64,000 nt of DNA from Takakia lepidozioides (Eukaryota > Plantae > Bryophyta): contig CM060733.1 in assembly GCA_030704615.1 (NCBI GenBank), positions 45,198,001-45,262,000 on the forward strand. Direction: 5' to 3'. Of this stretch, positions 1-11,995 are shown one piece after another (position 1 is the first letter of the stretch; every line of letters begins with the position of its first letter). The notes under the pieces were generated by a model. The model worked only from the letters and a program-made list of their open reading frames with translations. It made no database searches and was not told the origin of the DNA. Both the position numbers and the translations under genes were made by a program.

Positions 1-1056
1 AGGTTGTAGTTTCAACCTCAACTGTGGGGTCTACGTCTTCATACCCCTCGTCTTCCAAGTTTATCTGTCTGTTTTCATCTTCCAAGTTCTTATCTTGGAT
101 TTCTTCTTCCTCACTCATATAACTCAATTGAAGTGGTGTTGGAATGTCTGAACTTTCCGATGGCCCTTCTTCATCCTCCTCCCTGTCGTTAGCTGGTGTA
201 TCAGAAACTAGTGTTCCTGCTCTGGGTGTACCGTGCCAACTTTGATCAAAGATTTCTGTCAAATCTTTAATCCAGGGATTCCCTTCAGTTCTTTCCCCTC
301 GTACTTCATCTTCTTCTTCCACCAGATCTTTTAATCTCTTTTGTAAAGAATAACTAGGTGTAATATCTAAATTAGAGTCTTCAAGTATAGGTGATGGACT
401 TTCTGGTCTTAGTGGTGTGAGAGGCCCATATGATTCTCCTATATCTATACCCTTCTGCCAAAGATACGGATAATTAGCTTTTAAATAGCTTTCCCTTTTC
501 GCTGAATATCTGTGGAGTCTAGCTTCCCTTTCATCACTCATCACCCATATCTTTCACGTATTTGATGAGGTAATAACCACAACTCTGTCCTGTAGTATCT
601 CTCGTATATGCCTGGATTTCTTTCAAGCTTTAATGTACCCTTGGCTAGACTAGAAGGCTCCGTTACCATATAACCATATGGCAAACAGATCTGGAAAGCT
701 GTTCTTTGTGTAAGTTTGATCCACAAGATATAATTGGGAATCCAATTCTTTACCAGTACAAGCTCTTCATGCATATGAGTAAAGACATTCACTTTCCGTT
801 CCTCCCAGCCTTCAAACTCCACTCGTTTAATGGATAACAACGCTATCACATAAACCAGTGTTGGTAACCAACTTGCTCTCCCTCTACAGGCCACTTGATT
901 AATCTGTATCACTCCTTTCTCTAATCCCCACTCTGGATCAGCATCATGCATTCTCTTAAGAATGTTTTTCTTACAACCGTCTAGCAACTCCAAGAACCTT
1001 TGAAAGAATTGCTTGGCCAATCTTTCCTTCTCTGTTTCACACGGAATTTGATTCAC
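1..1056 (-). pseudogene. Degenerate ORF of an LTR retrotransposon, immediately downstream of a PBS (unknown protein; runs off the window)
   Basis: ORF 541..1056 followed after stops by an acidic/Ser-rich open stretch toward position 1; begins ~50 bp after a PBS-like site; no recognisable domain. Confidence 0.4.
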
Positions 1057-1103
1057 ATCAAATTCTTTGATTCTCCAACCTCCAACCTCCTTCTAGACTC
1101 AGC

Positions 1104-1121
1104 TCCCCAGTATGATCGCCA
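1104..1121 (-). other. Primer-binding site (tRNA-Arg-like)
   Basis: Minus strand reads ...CGACA TT TGGCGATCATACTGGGGA: LTR-terminal CA, 2-nt spacer, then a TGGCGA...CTGGGGA pattern resembling Arg-tRNA PBS of Tat/Ogre-type gypsy elements. Confidence 0.5.
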
Positions 1122-1123
1122 AA

Positions 1124-1410
1124 TGTCGAGCGGCTTTTACTTACCCATCCCTTCGCTATCCGAGGTGGAAACTCCAAGATAGAAGAGTTGGATATCTCTA
1201 AGTACTCCTCTTGGTGCTCTTCCGCGGAAATACACCATGCTTCTTACTTGGCGCGCGTTGACGTGGCGTTTAAGCTCGATGATGTGGAGTGAGCCCGGTG
1301 ACGTGGCGTTCGCTCAAGGACGTGGCGTGAGCACTGCTGCGCTCACGCCGAGGCATCCCTGATGCTCGTAGAAGAGTGCTAAGTTTGCACCTAGATTCTT
1401 GATAATAGAA
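1124..1410 (-). mobile_element. Partial 5' LTR (3' part), interrupted by another LTR at 1411
   Basis: Plus strand starts TGTCGAG at 1124 adjacent to the PBS; contains repeated ACGTGG motifs. Confidence 0.45.
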
Positions 1411-3082
1411 TGTCATGGTTTTAGTCATGGTTATCTAGAATTACCTACTTCTAGTTAACTAGGACATTTTAGATATTTATATTTATATTTATATTTTGTG
1501 TGTTGGGACTTCATTTGGTCTCACATGCCAAGTGAGGTGTCGAGCCTCACTTGAGACATGGAGATAGGTTTTCCCATTGTGAGTGTTGAGGAGGCTCATC
1601 TTCTTGGAGTTGAGCCTCCATGAGCTTCTCTCACCTCCATAGCTCTAGGTATTGAGAGGGAGTGTGTTGAGGGCTTTGTAGGGTGGATTCCTTTAGCAAA
1701 GGTGCCCTTGGCTTGACTTAGTTTATGTGATAGAGTGGATTTCACTTGGAAGGACTAGGGCTTGTTCTTCATGTGATTGCTTCATGCTTTAGAGCTTTCA
1801 TTGTCTTCTACTTCTCTCATTTCTCATCTCTTATACTACAAGAAGATCACCTTATGCTTGTGAGTGTGGAGTGTAAGGGATTAGTTTTGCACTTGTATTT
1901 TAAAGAGGTTGAGAGCTAGGAGAATTTAGCTCTTGTATCACAAGGCTTGCAAGGGTTGCAAGGAAAGGTGCTCGAGTATTGCATGCACCAAGGAGTTGGA
2001 GAGCTTGAGAAGAAAGCTCTTGAGTCACAAGATTTTTGCAAGGATTGTAAGGAGGAAGTCTTGTGTGTGTGGAAGCATGGATTCTAGGTTTTGATAATCC
2101 TTTGTATGCATTATGGAGTCGATGGTGTGCACCATGGCTTGTGGAGAGTGACTAAAGACTTGTTAGTGCTCATTTCACTATCAAGCTAGGGTCGTTAAGC
2201 AAAGTTCAAAGTTGTGGATGTTATGGAAGAGAAGCCAAGGAGCTATTATTGCTTGGGCTGTGAAGAAATCTTCCAATCATGGTGGTGTGAAGCCAAGCTT
2301 AGGATGCCATTGGAAGGGCTTGGAGAACATGTGGTGGGAAATCCTTGAAGGGAAATCATCATTCAATGTATGCATTAGCTTCACCCTAACTATGTAATGT
2401 GACAAGAGGGGGAGGACAATACTTGGCCCTATTCATGCTCTTGGTAGTGCGAGCTTTGTGTGGATAGTTGACCAAGCAAGTGGTGCATGTTGTGGAGCAT
2501 GCTCGCTTAAGTTTGTAAGTTCAAGTTTGAGAATGAGGAGCTCTTGAACTAGCAAGAGGTGAAGGCCTTTGAGATCCACTTGTGTGTGATGGAAGTGGAG
2601 AGTGTTGATTCATGTTATAATGAAGGAGAGCAACACATAGGCCAAGAGGTCATGGAACATGCATTCAAATGACCACGGGGAGCACATGGATGATGGATTG
2701 TGTGCAATGAGGCATATGGCGTGAGAGTGGGATCCAAGGGCGGATTGCTTGGGAGCATTATTGTAAGTGACAAGCATTGCTCTACACATTGAGATAATTT
2801 GTGTTGATTGGAGCAATTGTCAAGTGATGAGGAGACAAATGCATGATGCTCGGCAATGGAGATATGGTAGTTTGCAATCAAATCCCAAGGACTAGAAGGG
2901 GATTGATTTGGTGGACAATGACTTGCAAGTTGAGTTGGACACTCTTGGTTGCACATTGGGGTGGAAGAGAGCAAGAAGATGCCTCTTATGACTACCTAGA
3001 GACCATATTTTGCTTGAGTAGAAGCATAGAAGTCAAGGACTTGCATTCTAGCTCTTCATTACAAACCGTAGTAGTGTATGCT

Positions 3083-3298
3083 CAGACTATACCTCTGTTA
3101 GTATACCAAACAGGAGCTTGTCCCTTTTACTATACCTCTGTTGAGGTATCACCATATGTGGACCCTAATCAGCTCAGACTATACCTCTGTTAGTATACAC
3201 AACAGAACCCTCATTTTCAGACTATACCTCTATAAAGGTATCATCAACATAAGGGACCCTAACAACTTCAGACTATACCTCTGTTAAGGTATCAACAG
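3083..3298. repeat. Five copies (~45-50 bp spacing) of (C/T)AGACTATACCTCTGTT(A/G)..GTAT
   Basis: Copies at ~3083, 3128, 3175, 3218, 3269. Confidence 0.85.
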
Positions 3299-3311
3299 TG
3301 AAATTTAAGGG

Positions 3312-3490
3312 CCTTTGGAGGATTGTTTGGAAGATATTTGAGGGCCCTTGGAGGAGTATTTGGAGGATCTTTGGGGTCCTTGGGGAGTGTTTGGAGGATC
3401 TTTGGGGTCCTTGGAGGACCCTTCGAGGAGCTTTGGTGGACAATGTTGAAGAGCTCTTGAAGGATTGATTGAGGGATATTGAAGGATATT
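3312..3490. repeat. Degenerate ~30-bp tandem repeat TTTGGAGGATCTTTGGGGTCCTTGGAGGAG
   Basis: Visible directly; produces KDPKDPPNTP repeats in spurious minus-strand ORFs. Confidence 0.8.
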
Positions 3491-4095
3491 TGCCACGGCC
3501 ATACAAGCGAGCGGATAGAGACATGAGGGAGAGTGGTGGGATGAGAGCATTCTGGGGTTAGGAATTGCTTTAGTTTCTCTTCTCCATAGTCTTTCACCCT
3601 CTTTGTAGGCCAAAACCTTTCCGTAGGTGGAGGCAAGAGTCAGTCCGGGTTTGGGCTGGGGTGTCCTTGCAGGAGCGACACTGTGGAGTGTTTTTGGTGT
3701 GGGGGAGTTGCTGTCTTGATTTTCTTGTGTTTGGATCCTCTCCACACTGCATGCTTGAATGTGCGCCATGTTAGCTTTGTGTGGGCGCTTGTTTTCATAG
3801 GAGGTTGGTCCGGATTTGATCACCGGCCAATCCTAGAGTATGCTGTCGGTGGTGAGGCTGGAGTGATGACTAGCAAGACCACCAGTGTTTCTTCTATGGT
3901 GAGGCTGGGTTGATGACCAGCAGACCATATGAGTGCTTGCGGTGGATGCAGGTGCAAGTATAGGTCTACGTTAAAAACCTATTATTCCTGCTTGAACCAG
4001 TAGCCGCAACAGGTTCTCTACCCGGTTACTTTGTAGAAAGTGGGGGATTAGAGACAGGTTGACAACCGGTTGGGTTGTGAGTTTTCATCACGGAG

Positions 4096-5475
4096 GTGCC
4101 ACCAGCTGCTGAGGGGAGTGCCGGTACAAGCACCATCGATACTAGTGGGTACACAAGACGAGGTGTGTGGTTTAGGCCACTTTCACCTTCAGTGTCTTCT
4201 GAGGAAGGTTCAGACTCGGAGTCAGGAGGATTCTCGCCGAGGGTGCAAGTCATTTCCGTGCCATTGTTGTGGGACACGATGGAGGAGATGTATGGAGCTA
4301 CCAAGGGGCCACGTAGGTACTCTAGAGCTGTGGGCACCATCGAGCTTGATGACTTTATACAAGAGTTTGACAGTTGGTGTGATTTGCAGCAAATGCGTAA
4401 TCCACAACTGTTTACGCCCTTTATGGCGTGGAATGGGCTATTACAGCACCTTGAGGGGCCTTCCATGGATGATTACCATGAATTTAGGCGGGGACATGCG
4501 GTGGAGATTGAGGAGTGGCGAGAGTATTGGTCACCTAACTATGTCTCAATCACTAGAGGCACAAGGGCAGCGGTGACACCAGCAGCTACACAAACATCTC
4601 CAACTACAAGCACTAGCAGTGGAACAAGTAGTGCCGGTACTTCTGCAGGTGGTACCAGTTCAAAAGGTGCTACTACTCCTCTTGCTTTGACTACAATACA
4701 TGTGCCTAGATTCAACCCGGTGGTGGAGTTCTTCCAGGAGTTGCGGAAGAACTACCAAGGTGTACGGACAGAGAAGCTGCGAAGTTTGCAAGACTTCCAG
4801 CGCAAATCCAGTGAGAGCTTGCGAGAGGCATACACTCGTATAAGGCGCTTGATAAGTGTGACCCAAGGGGTTACTGAAGCTCAGGCAGTCCAGTTCTGGT
4901 ATGGAATTTTGGACAAGGAGCTCAGGAGAAGGGTGTGGGATGCAACCCTAATACAAGCGGCCCAACCCACATTAGCAGATGTGTTTTTGCTGGCTGAGCG
5001 GATTGAGCTCAACATGGTGAAAGAGCGAGTTGTTACCATTGGATTTGGCAAGGACATGCCTGCACGAGGCGCGGCTGCCAGCCAACAAATACAAGGAACT
5101 GCCCAACAGCGTGGTCAGGGGGGCAAGGTTGCCCAACCCAAATTCCATGGAGCTTACAAGGGACCTCAGGTGCAGAGGCCAGTAGAGTCTTTTGCAGACC
5201 AACAGCAACCAGGGGTGGTATATTGGACATGTGGAGAATCCCATGTCAAGAAAGATTGCCCAGAAAGTGGCAAAGGGCCGGCACAAGCACAGCCTACACA
5301 ATTGCAGTGTGGGCATTGTAGCAAGTATGGGCATGGAGATGCCCAATGTTATGACTTGCACCCTGAGTTGCGGCGAGGCCAGTTCCAAGGGAACAATGGT
5401 GGCCGAGGGCGAGGTGGAGTACCTCAGAGAGGACGAGGTGCTCAGGCACGAGGTGTAGGACGAGGGCAAGCATAG
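4096..5475 (+). pseudogene. gag: Gag with two zinc knuckles
   Basis: FQRKSSESLREAYTRIRRL (major-homology-like region), YWTCGESHVKKDC and CGHCSKYGHGDAQC knuckles, RGG-rich tail; stops TAG at 5473 and ~5497. Confidence 0.85.
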
Positions 5476-5514
5476 TATGGCCAAGGACGTGGAGGTTAGG
5501 GCGTTGACCAAGGT

Positions 5515-6704
5515 ATGGCCAACCGGCTTCAGCAGTTAGAGCAAAGGCTCGCTGCCATGGCCACAGCTCAGGTGGTACCAGCTCCAAGACCTGAGGGTCC
5601 ACCTTCTGTTCCTCCTCAGCAGCGTCATCATGACGAAGGAGACATGGGAGACATGGGATTTATGTGTGGGGCAGCACTACCACTAGTGCAGGTGGAGTCT
5701 GCTGCAGCCATCACTCGAGGAGCAGCACAAGTTCCTGAGCCACGAGGTGCAGAGGTGGAGTTGGATTCACAACGTGGGGAGACAATCCGTCACGCTAGGT
5801 TGCCTCAATCATTCATCTTGGCGGAGACAGTGTCGACGACATCCATGGCACCTAATTCTCGCCCCACGGATACCGAGGCTGAGGTTATTGTGCCATTGGG
5901 AAGAGCTACACGTGCAGCACTGATACCTGCTGCCAAGGCTAGTGCAGCCAGTGTATTGTTGGGGGCAGCCACCTCTGTGTGTCAGGCCCCACTATTCTCG
6001 GCAACCATGATTGCGACGTCGGGGGTAAGACCAGCTGCAGTGTTCAGCTAGCAGCAACACTTTGTGAGAGTGGGGAGGTCACTTCATCTTCTGCGGAGTT
6101 AGTGGAAGGTGTAGTGGCAGAGGGATCCTTGGATTTGAGGGTCAAGACTGCCACGGCTGCGCCATGGCAAGCTGCAGCTGCCAGGTTGACGGAGCTGTCA
6201 GCTACGCCAGCCTTTGAGCGCGCCATGGTGACACCTGGAGTTGTCTTGTTAGACAATCAGGATGACATTTTCTCTTTGAGTGGACCGGCAGGCAAGAGGT
6301 ACCGGCCATTGTGGGTCTTGTTGGACTCGGGAGCTCAGCCACTGATGTTGGGCAAAGCCGCTGTTGTAGGTTTGGGCCTCACGGAGGCGGATATGGAGCC
6401 TTGTCCCTTCCAGATACAGACATTTCTGGGAGGATTAGAGCAGGCTCGGGGCATGACACGACGTGAGTTGGCCATTAGACTACAGCCGGATCATCCTATA
6501 GATGGCTCAGTGATGCGAGCCAATGCCATTGTGACAGACGCGGTCTTTTACGATGTCCTCGTTGGTGGGGCAGTGTTGTATCCCATGGGCTTCACCCTGG
6601 ATTTTTGGGAGGAGTCAGCATCCTACAGGCCTGGATGGCAGTCAGGGGATGGTCGTCGTGTACAGCTCTCTGTGACGTTCATTGGGGGTGTTGCTGCTGC
6701 CTAA
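5515..6704 (+). pseudogene. Gag-pol linker and aspartic protease
   Basis: VLLDSGAQP catalytic motif and YDVLVG flap-side motif; frameshift near 6050. Confidence 0.85.
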
Positions 6705-7034
6705 CGGGGCAAGATGCCAACACTAGCAGCCTTCACTGCTGCAGTTAGTTGGCCTGGAGAGTTGCTGGAGGGCAATGCCCATGTAGAGGATGTGCCACCT
6801 CCAGCAGAGCAGGATGACATGCATGGTACGGCGGAGTTGCCTGCCATGGTTGCTCACACTCCATTGTGGGGTACGAGCAAGGATTTGCAGCAGGCTGCTG
6901 ATAGACGGGTGCAACAAGCCTGGGTAGAGGCCTTTGTACCGTCAAGAGAGGAGGAGAGTGCGGTGATTGCACCAGGACCACCTCAGTTGTCGCCATTGGA
7001 CACCACACCTCTTGTGTGGCAGTGCTCGGATGAA

Positions 7035-7900
7035 GACATATGTCTTCTGGACTTGTTTGACGGGATTAGCACTAGATTGGCTGCAGTGCTGCAGGCAGGC
7101 GTACGAGTTCGACGTTACCTATATGTGGAGAGGGATGAGACTGCACGACTCGTCTCATTGCGCCATGTTGCTCAGTTGGTGTAGCAGTACCCTAATTTGT
7201 TGCCAGTGTCTGCAGTTCGTGGGTACCAACAAGCCTTGCCAGCAGACATCTCCTTGCTGGGGGCGCATGATTTGGAGCGGGTTGGCCCTATTCACTTAGT
7301 AGTGGCAGGTTGGCCCTGCCAAGGGCTTTCATCAGCTGGGTATGACAATGGGTTACAAGACTCAAGGTCACGCCTGTTTTGGGAGATGTTGAGGGTCCTG
7401 CGCTATTTACAGCTTCAGCAGACAGACTCTCCAACATATGTCTTGGAGAATGTGCCATTGATGGGTGATTCTCGGGCCAAGGTGATGGCCAGTGTACATC
7501 AAGTGCGGTCTTGGCTTGGGTCAGCAGTGTTGCTGGATGCAGCTGCAGTGGGGTCACGGGCTCATCGCCCACGACTATGGTGGACCAACTTGATGCCACT
7601 TGCATTGCTCAAACGTGCATTTGATAGGGTGCATCGGCCACCAAACCTGACGGTGGATAGCATTTTGGACATAGGGAGGCAGTCTCAGCGTGTGAGACAC
7701 GATGACCGATCACCTTTGGCAGTGGTCAATAAGGTGGGTCACCCACGAGCATCATTGCCTACTCTGCTCAGCTTTCCAGGATCTCATGCTTTCCAGGATG
7801 GTGGACCTGGCCTCTTGTGGGATAGCCAGTTGCAGCAGTTAGTGGAGCCCAATGCTGACGAGCGCGAGCGGGCAATGGGTTTCACCACTGGTACCACGGC
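7035..7900 (+). pseudogene. C5 cytosine DNA methyltransferase domain, DNMT3-like (motifs I-IX)
   Basis: Motif I LLDLFDGIST, motif II YVERD, motif IV VVAGWPCQGLS, motif VI YVLENV, motif VIII DAAAVGSRAHRPRLWWTNL, motif IX ERERAMGF; one in-frame TAG at 7182. Confidence 0.93.
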
Positions 7901-8372
7901 CAACATCAGGCTCCCAGTTGTCCTCCGTAACTGCAACCTTGAGTCCAGTAGGCTTAGAGGTAGAAGACGCGTCCCGTGGTTGCTATGCTGCAACCTCTTG
8001 AGCAGTGACCACTACCTCCTCTGTCAGTGACAATGTCTCATCTTGCCCCATCATTCCATCCTTGAGGACCTCTTCAACCCGAGAAAAATCCCCAACCTCA
8101 TCCATCACGGCCGCCTTGGCTGCCAACTCTTTTTGAACCTCGAGCACCTCCCATGTGTGCCATGGATGCGGCCTGCACCTCGTAGTCCTCACCTGTTCGC
8201 CCCTACTCGCTGTTTGTACCGTCTCGGTAGGCAGGGAGACCATCAAGGGAAGTGTACTCCGTACTCTGCGCTGCTCAGCCATAGCCAAGCTGATAATCCA
8301 GGTCAAGCAATTGAGATCCATTGCTTGCCCCAACACCTGACGACGTGATGCCTCAGAAAGAGATGGGACCGC
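7901..8372 (-). pseudogene. Inverted continuation of the same element (MTase motif X plus linker to RT)
   Basis: Minus strand reads AVPSLSEASRRQVLGQAMDLNCL, the direct continuation of GFTTGTT; co-linear with 35470-35940. Confidence 0.9.
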
Positions 8373-9454
8373 AGACCAATCAGTCATAACCTACAACTAG
8401 TGTATCGTAGGGGTGCTTTCCTATTTCTATTCTTTCTTGTATACATGACGTGGTAGATTGTAGAAGCAATCTGATACTTAATCTTAGACAGGACAATACA
8501 CAGTGTGAGTATGAAATAGGAATCAGATTTATCTATCATGTTTCAGGCCGAAGCCATGATGTCTCTATTCTGCCCTACAGTACATCTCTACGGCTTGCAT
8601 GTAACCAGCATTAACAGATCGTCTCTCCTCCTCCGTGTGCTCTCCATCCCTAAGCTCAGATCCTTCCCCCAAAATGATGTCCAAGGGTACCCACAAATCC
8701 CCCAATTCTGCCTAAGTCCCTGACAGCCCTATAACACGCGGGGGAGGGCGACCCCGCGTCCATGCGCGCCTTGTCCCACACGTGAGACATAAACTCCCAA
8801 TTAAAAAATGAGAGGCATTTAAAGTGGGCCTAATTCCCAATACATGCCACCTGAAAATCATTGCTCACACATGCCTATTGGATATCAACTTTTTACCAAG
8901 TTACTGTGACAGTCTCAGGCCGACAAGTCACATTACTGGAATAGTAGTTGAGATAACCAACTATAGTCATCTCTATTTATTCTGGAATGGACACTAGGTG
9001 TAAATAGCCCAAAGCTCAGGGAGGTTCACAACGTGTGTGTTCCTATGGTTAGGTGAAGAGCTCTCATTTTTATTTTTTTTCTTTGATCCGTATTCTTTCA
9101 GTATTCACAACACTACACGTGTCTGTGCCAAAGACAAACCTAAGTTAGAGATGGTAGATGAGGTGACTTTCCATATTGAGAGATGTGACACTATCCACCT
9201 TGAAATGCCCAGAACATCTCCAACACATATACCACTTGTAGGAAGAATCCATGCTGCAAAGAACAGAAATCAACACTTATCAACACCCATGATTCAGACA
9301 TTTTTTATGTTTCTTTGGCCCCACTAGTCTTACCAGTGCTCAAAACAGACAAACCAGTGATAGGAGAGATCATGAACCCTTGGTCAGATGATAAAAGTGT
9401 CCACATCAAGGATTCAGACAGGGGTAACTGTATAATAGGTAATGAATTTACTTT

Positions 9455-10255
9455 GCATTTTTTTTTATTGAAGGTTTTGTTTTATTTTATTTTTTAAAAG
9501 AACAGGGGCAAAGGCCTGGCAGAACTTTATTAAGTTTATTAGGGACAAAAAATTAAAACCCCGTCATACACCATAGAGGTACACACGCCGTGATCAGTGA
9601 CACTCGGAAATAGAACTAACTTCCTGAGTGGAGAGACAGAGACCTTGTCATAATAAAACCCTACTTGGGTGCACCCCGTAGGGACTGGAGGAGAACTAGG
9701 CAGATCGCCTGAGAGAACTACGAGTGAGTGCCATCAAGCGAGGTAGCAAAGAGAGGGTGTAGCATTGGCCCTAGTGACCCTAGAGCCCGGTAAGGGATTG
9801 AGGAAGGCAGCACCGAAGTGCAACGATTGGGGGCACAGGAGACGTTTGAAAGGCCTAGGATTTGGAAAGAAACACGGAGAAACGAAGGCACTGGAGATTG
9901 CTACTGCCTAAGTGAAGCGGAGCTTGTTGGATGCTCGAATGTGGCGCCAGTTGATTTCCCTCTCAAATTCTAGCGACACCATGGAGGGCTGCCCTGATGT
10001 TTCTCCAGGTGACTGGTGGAAGCTGTCCAAGTGCAGTTTGATGGTGAGGGACTGCTGCAGATATAGCCATCTCTGGCCCAGGTAGATCGGAAGACCAAGT
10101 GGAGAGCTGCTGCCTGCTGGGGCTTCCTCGCCATATCTGCACACAGTTTAGACCGTGCCCTCCTTGCTTCAATCTGAAGGTCCCAAAAAACCCGGTAAAG
10201 TAGGGAGGAAATTGAGCAAGTCCTGCCCCAGAGGGTTCAGGCACACCTTGATTTC
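9455..10255 (-). mobile_element. 3' end of an L1-type LINE (5'-truncated)
   Basis: T-rich tail on plus strand (9459-9495) followed by GAACAGGGGC...CTTTATTAAG; minus frame LYRVFWDLQIEARRAR...VFRSTWARDGYIC resembles the L1 ORF2 C-terminus. Confidence 0.5.
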
Positions 10256-10888
10256 CAGATATGCAAAAGCATAGAGCCTCTCAGGCACTGAAAAACAGGG
10301 CAGTGAAAGGCTCTGTTCTTGGAACCCATATCATAGTTAAAGTTATGTTTCTCCGTAGGTCTGCTAGTTGAGAACCCACAATAAGATAGTGTAATAAATT
10401 ATAGTAAGAATCGTAATAAACTCTCCCCCAATAGCTACGGTTTACCCATAGCCATAGCGACGCGATAGATGAACACCTTCATCCACTTGATATCTAGACT
10501 AAACGTAGTCAAACTACTAAGCGGTCGCACAGAACATCAACTAACAGAAAAGAACATGTTTTCAGGTAACTAACCCCGGAAAACTTGAAATGGCCGCACT
10601 GCACATTAGCTTACTTACCACAACATGGTTAACTAATGAACTTATTAGCATAACCGGTCCTTTTCCCATTGGAAAGAAAACTAACCGATCAAAAATGCTT
10701 TCCTTCTATTTTTAGAGAAAAGATTAAACATGTTGTTTCTGTTTTCTTTTATGTTAACAGAAATAGAGCAACAGTGCCCAAGTATATAAGCAGCGGGATA
10801 CAGAGGCAGCCTGAGAAGCAACGAGAGAGACGGCACTCTCGAAAAGACAGTGACAGAGATACAGACAGCGAGGAGAGAGGTACCCAAA

Positions 10889-11995
10889 TGATGGACTGCA
10901 GGGTGTGCTCCGTTGGAGCTTGTTTTGACATTCCATACGCAAGACTTGGGGAGATTTCGGTGTGTGTGCAAGCTATGGCATTCACTTATTTCTAATCCAC
11001 GCTTCCTGGGGCTCCGCAATAAAGTCCCTCTTGGGAATAATGCGCCATGCTTTCCTCGGATTTCAAACTGCTAGTTTTCGATCCATTTGCTGGTGGCTGG
11101 ACCAGCATCGACCTCAAATTCCTTGAACAGCATTTGCTTGAATTTGAGATTCACACGGTCTCCTATTACTCGAAGGAATTCCACTATGACACGCGTGCGG
11201 TACACAAACTTACGGCCGCAGCAGGAGGTATGCTTTTGTTCTCTTCAGGTTGTGCTCGAGCACGGTACACTGTGTGCAACCCGCTCTCCAAATGCTGGAG
11301 ACGATTGCCAGACCTACCTTACGAGGATAGTGAGTTCACTCCTTTTACTGTGCAATTGGTGGCGGACAAGACCGGCTCCTACAAGATTCTTGTGGTTAAC
11401 TCGGGTTTTCTGTACTTGTATGACTCAATCTCGAACTCTTGGAGTGAAACTGGACGCATGGCTGTATTTTCGAGGCTGCCAGAAATGCGAGTAACAAGCG
11501 TGATGTGCGGCGATGTTCTGTACGCCATCTATTACGGATTCGGGACCGGGCACTTGGGAGATTGCTGGCATACAACATGTCCAGTGGTGTCTGGACAGCT
11601 GCCCATTCCTCTATCCGAGCGGCTATACCTTGTGGAAAGCGGCGGACGCCTGTTCCTGGTTGGCTCTCTGGGTTCATCAGAAACTGGGAACCTCCCAGAG
11701 GCCATAGGTTTGTGGGAATTCACGTCCTCCACCCCAGAGTGGAAGGAGTTGGGGAGGATTCCTCAACAATTGCTTAAGGAATTTTTTGCACATGATTATG
11801 GTCTGGGAATCGTGTGCATGGAGAGCGGTAGCGCATGACGGTCTCATCCTGTTGAAGTTCAATCAGGCCCGGACGTTGGTGTATGACTTGTGGCAAGCGT
11901 CGTGGAGCTGGCTTCCTCTGGCTCCGAACGAGAGTGTAGATAAAAAAACAGGGTCCAGTTTTGTTAGCCGTCTTGGTTTAGACATAAATGTGTAG
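10889..11995 (+). pseudogene. F-box/kelch-like protein, frameshifted
   Basis: F-box end LGRFRCVCKLWHSLISNPRF (~10940-11005); VCNPLSKCWRRLP, YDSISNSW, LVESGGRLFLVG in 11047..11838; LVYDLWQASWSWLP in another frame at 11786..11995. Confidence 0.8.

Larger units (their letters stand above)
1411..3490 (+). mobile_element. LTR-like / non-coding retrotransposon remnant
   Basis: Starts TGTCATGG; CpG-poor, no real ORF; PPT-like AAGAGGGGGAG at ~2404; ends in tandem repeats. Right boundary uncertain. Confidence 0.4.
4011..8372 (+). mobile_element. Ty3/gypsy retrotransposon with DNMT3-like methyltransferase, copy 1 (5' half: gag-PR-DNMT)
   Basis: Gag, protease and MTase form one pseudo-ORF broken by stops and a frameshift; putative LTR end GCCGCAACA at ~4010; last ~470 bp inverted; overlaps copy 2 sequence at high identity. 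Confidence 0.9.

Noticed and set aside
3083-3298. Mini-CRISPR
   Set aside because: Linkers are short and partly homologous; TE context.
3273-3823. Overlapping Pro/Ser-rich ORFs
   Set aside because: Products of a 30-bp tandem repeat.
7035-7900. Host DNMT3/DRM gene or bacterial restriction-modification MTase
   Set aside because: No introns, in frame with a retroviral protease, linked to RT in copy 2; no cognate endonuclease; motif order is not permuted as in DRM.
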